From assembly GCA_032718475.1 (NCBI GenBank), contig JAUCBJ010002948.1, forward strand, positions 1 to 47,753: a stretch of DNA of 47,753 nt, read 5' to 3'. Source of the stretch: Nemertoderma westbladi. Lineage: Eukaryota; Animalia; Xenacoelomorpha. Each line of letters opens with the position of its first letter. Position 1 is the first letter of the stretch. The notes below the pieces were generated by a model. It was given only the letters and a program-made list of their open reading frames with translations, was not told where the DNA came from and did no database searches. Below are positions 45,058 through 47,753 of this stretch, one piece after another. Made by a program: the position numbers and the translations under genes.

Positions 45058-46340
45058 GTGGGTCGAGCCACGAAGTTGGCGGAGCCTTAGCGAATTGACA
45101 CTGTTAGGGGGTGGGTCAATTTATGCAAATAGTTGTCGTCGTCGTCGCCGTCGTTGTCGTCGTCGTCGTTACGATTTTGACATGCTAATAACTTTGTCGG
45201 ATTTAAAGCTGCCAAGTTGAAAATTTGTAGGTATCAATATGAGCAAAAGTTGAGATTTTTGAGAGACTCTCAGACACCATCAGTGCAATGGTCTCCCGCT
45301 AGAGGGCCACATGTCTAAACATTAAATGCCCTCCCATTTCTTTGCTTTTAATCCGTTTAAGCTGAAACTTGGCAGATATGTATTAGACCATTAGCTGTGA
45401 CTTTCAAAGGAGGCGAATCCATCTGCAGTTCTCCAGTCTGCCGCTAGAGGGCCAAAGGTCTGAAAGTGAAATCGTTGTCGTCGTTACGATTTTGACATGC
45501 TAATAACTTTGTCGGATTTAAAGCTGCCAAGTTGAAAATTTGTAGGTATCAATATGAGCTAAAGTTGAGATTTTTGAGAGACTTTCAGACACCATCAGTG
45601 CAATGGTCTCCCGCTAGAGGGCCACATGTCTAAACATTAAATGCCCTCCCATTTCTTTGCTTTTAATCCGTTTAAGCTGAAACTTGGCAGATATGTATTA
45701 GACCATTAGCTGTGACTTTCAAAGGAGGCGAATCCATCTGCAGTTCTCCAGTCTGCCGCTAGAGGGCCAAATGTCTGAAAGTGAAATCGTTGTCGTCGTT
45801 ATGATATTGACATGCTTATAACTTTGTCGAATTTAAAGCTGCCAAGTTGAAAATTTGTTTTGTTGAAAATCAGTTAAACAGTCACCCGCTATAGGACTAC
45901 TTTATGCCTGAAAGTGAATAGATTCTCCCGTCTCATTGATTTTAATCAGTTTAAGCTGAATCTTGCCATATATTCTGGACCACATGCTGCGTCTTTGTGG
46001 GGGGGGGGGGGGGGGGGGGAGATTTAATCGGTCTGCCGCTATACGACGAAATTTCTGAAAGTGAGATCCGTCTCTCATTTCGTTATCCGTTATTCAAGAT
46101 GAAACTTGGCCGATGTACGTATGTACTATTCATCCATAGGCTGTGTCTTTGTGGGGCTGGAGACCCTAATCCATCTTCAGTTCTCACTATACCGCTAGAG
46201 TCAGAAATGTCTGAATAGAAATGAAAGAGGTAAAAAGTGATTAGGCGAAATCTGCTTAAAATTTGCTAATACAGTAATACTTTCGAATTAGTACTTAAAT
46301 TAAATTTAAGTCACGTGCTGCGCGAAGGCCCCACTTCGTG
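45058..46340 (+). mobile_element. DINE-1/HINE-like element, copy 2, with a 315-bp internal tandem duplication
   Basis: 5' gtgggtcgagccacgaagttggcggagccttagcg, (gtc)n, internal units starting ~45171, 45486, 45801, and 3' cgtgctgcgcgaaggccccacttcgtg. Confidence 0.7.
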
Positions 46341-46356
46341 TAGAATTATACATATA

Positions 46357-46929
46357 CAAATTATAAGCATTTTTCGGTGAAATTTTTCAAAGCAGTGCGC
46401 CAATTTCTCAGAATTTGGTTCATTTTTTGAAATTTATATATTTTGTAATTTTTTTCCCAGACTTCCCCACTGGAGCATGTACATTCCGAAAATCCAACTA
46501 GCATCACCTGGATCCTAATCCTTCAAAACTTGTATGCTTTAATATGGCACCTTTTATACGAGCTTTGTTTGACTTTTAGCTCTGTTTACTCCTTTCGGGA
46601 TTATCGCGGAGGTGATTTTATTCATGTTCCTTTTTCTCGAGATCTGTAAATCCAATTGCCATGAAATTGTATACCTTTGTACAGAATCAAACAAACAAAG
46701 CCAAACAAGAAAGTCAAACAAAGCTCGTATAAAAGGTACCATATTAATGCATAGAAGTTTTTAAGGATTAGGATCCAGGTGATGGTAGTTGGATTTTCGG
46801 AATCTACATAAAATTCTGCTCAAGTGGGGAAAAGTCTTGCTAAATAATAAATTTCAGAAAATGAGCCAAATTTTAAAAAATTGGCGCACCACTTTGACAA
46901 ATTTCACCGAAAAATGCTTCTAACTTTTG
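46357..46929. mobile_element. Foldback element: ~220-bp imperfect inverted arms around a ~130-bp spacer
   Basis: aagcatttttcggtgaaattt...ccttttatacgagctttgtttgacttt / aaagtcaaacaaagctcgtataaaagg...aaatttcaccgaaaaatgctt. Confidence 0.85.
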
Positions 46930-47753
46930 AATGCTTGGCATGATGATGTTGAACCACCACCACCTTAAGTCGCCCCGTCGCTTTTGGCTGGTTGAAATAT
47001 ATTCATTTTGATTTATAACCCGTTGGAGAGATTAATTTAAATTCCCCTTCAGAATTCCCTTTTTGAATTCTTACTTCACACATATTGGCGTTGAACCCCA
47101 AATTGAACTCCCTAAAGCAGCTATTCTCTCGCTCTGCCCAGCTTATGTGTCATTGCCCTGGTAGCGCAATAGGAATGTCATTGACCTCGTATCTATCTCC
47201 AATAGACAAGGGGTGTGGACTATCATTAACCAGTCACACGTCCACCAGTACTCTTTAGTGGAGCCTGTAATAGTTAGTGAACACCCAACTCGTCCTACTG
47301 TTTTGGGGAGATGTCCCCGTATTGAATATTGGCTTGTTGGTGAAAGTAGATTGAGTAGATTACATTGCTAATAGTACCGGTATATGGTAATAGATTTTGA
47401 CCACTGGGATATCCGGTATTGGGGAATGATATAGGTTAGGCTTAGAGGTCAGTACTCAGTAGGTGGGTACTTTTATCTGTTTATCGTGGTTACAGAGAGA
47501 GTACCGGTACCACTGGTACCGCACCTACAGTCCAAAGACCAACCCAAGGCTGCAAGGACTGAAGGACTACTGAAACTTCAGTAGTTCTTAGGTACATCAT
47601 ACAGGCTACAGATCTACTGATACTGTGATAATTAAGGTGAATTCCAATATGCTTACCTCACTCCGTGTGGGTTGTCGTTCCATCCAGCGTTCCCTTCCCC
47701 GTTCCCACTTACGTTCCTTGTCCCACTTCCCTATTAACGACGACTTCCATGGA

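Overview
Repeat-rich invertebrate animal (metazoan) genomic DNA, not prokaryotic. Six recognisable genes: BNIP3/NIX-like (27..551, -), a three-exon neuronal calcium sensor (9949..12523, -, assembled by hand), Fer/Fes tyrosine kinase (14569..17088), MDH1B (18626..20209), the first three coding exons of cortactin (24020..32328, absent from the ORF track) and MITF/TFE (42104..43456). BNIP3, Fer, MDH1B and MITF each have a single uninterrupted coding exon, while the largest remaining introns are swollen with minisatellites and nested transposons. Mobile DNA: an RTE LINE nested with a 12-bp TSD inside an RTEX-like LINE inside a polypyrimidine satellite; a CR1-like LINE disrupted by a Gypsy LTR element (5-bp TSD) and by an in-frame 18-bp expansion; a hAT MITE; a P/THAP9 transposase relic and possible P excision footprints; DINE-1/HINE-like elements; a foldback element; and a TIR element carrying two inverted tRNA-Gly-derived Pol III units just upstream of MITF. 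Other oddities are an array of nine 5' splice sites at cortactin exon 1 and RFX X-boxes upstream of MDH1B and the calcium sensor. All calls come from reading the sequence and recalled family motifs; no searches were run.
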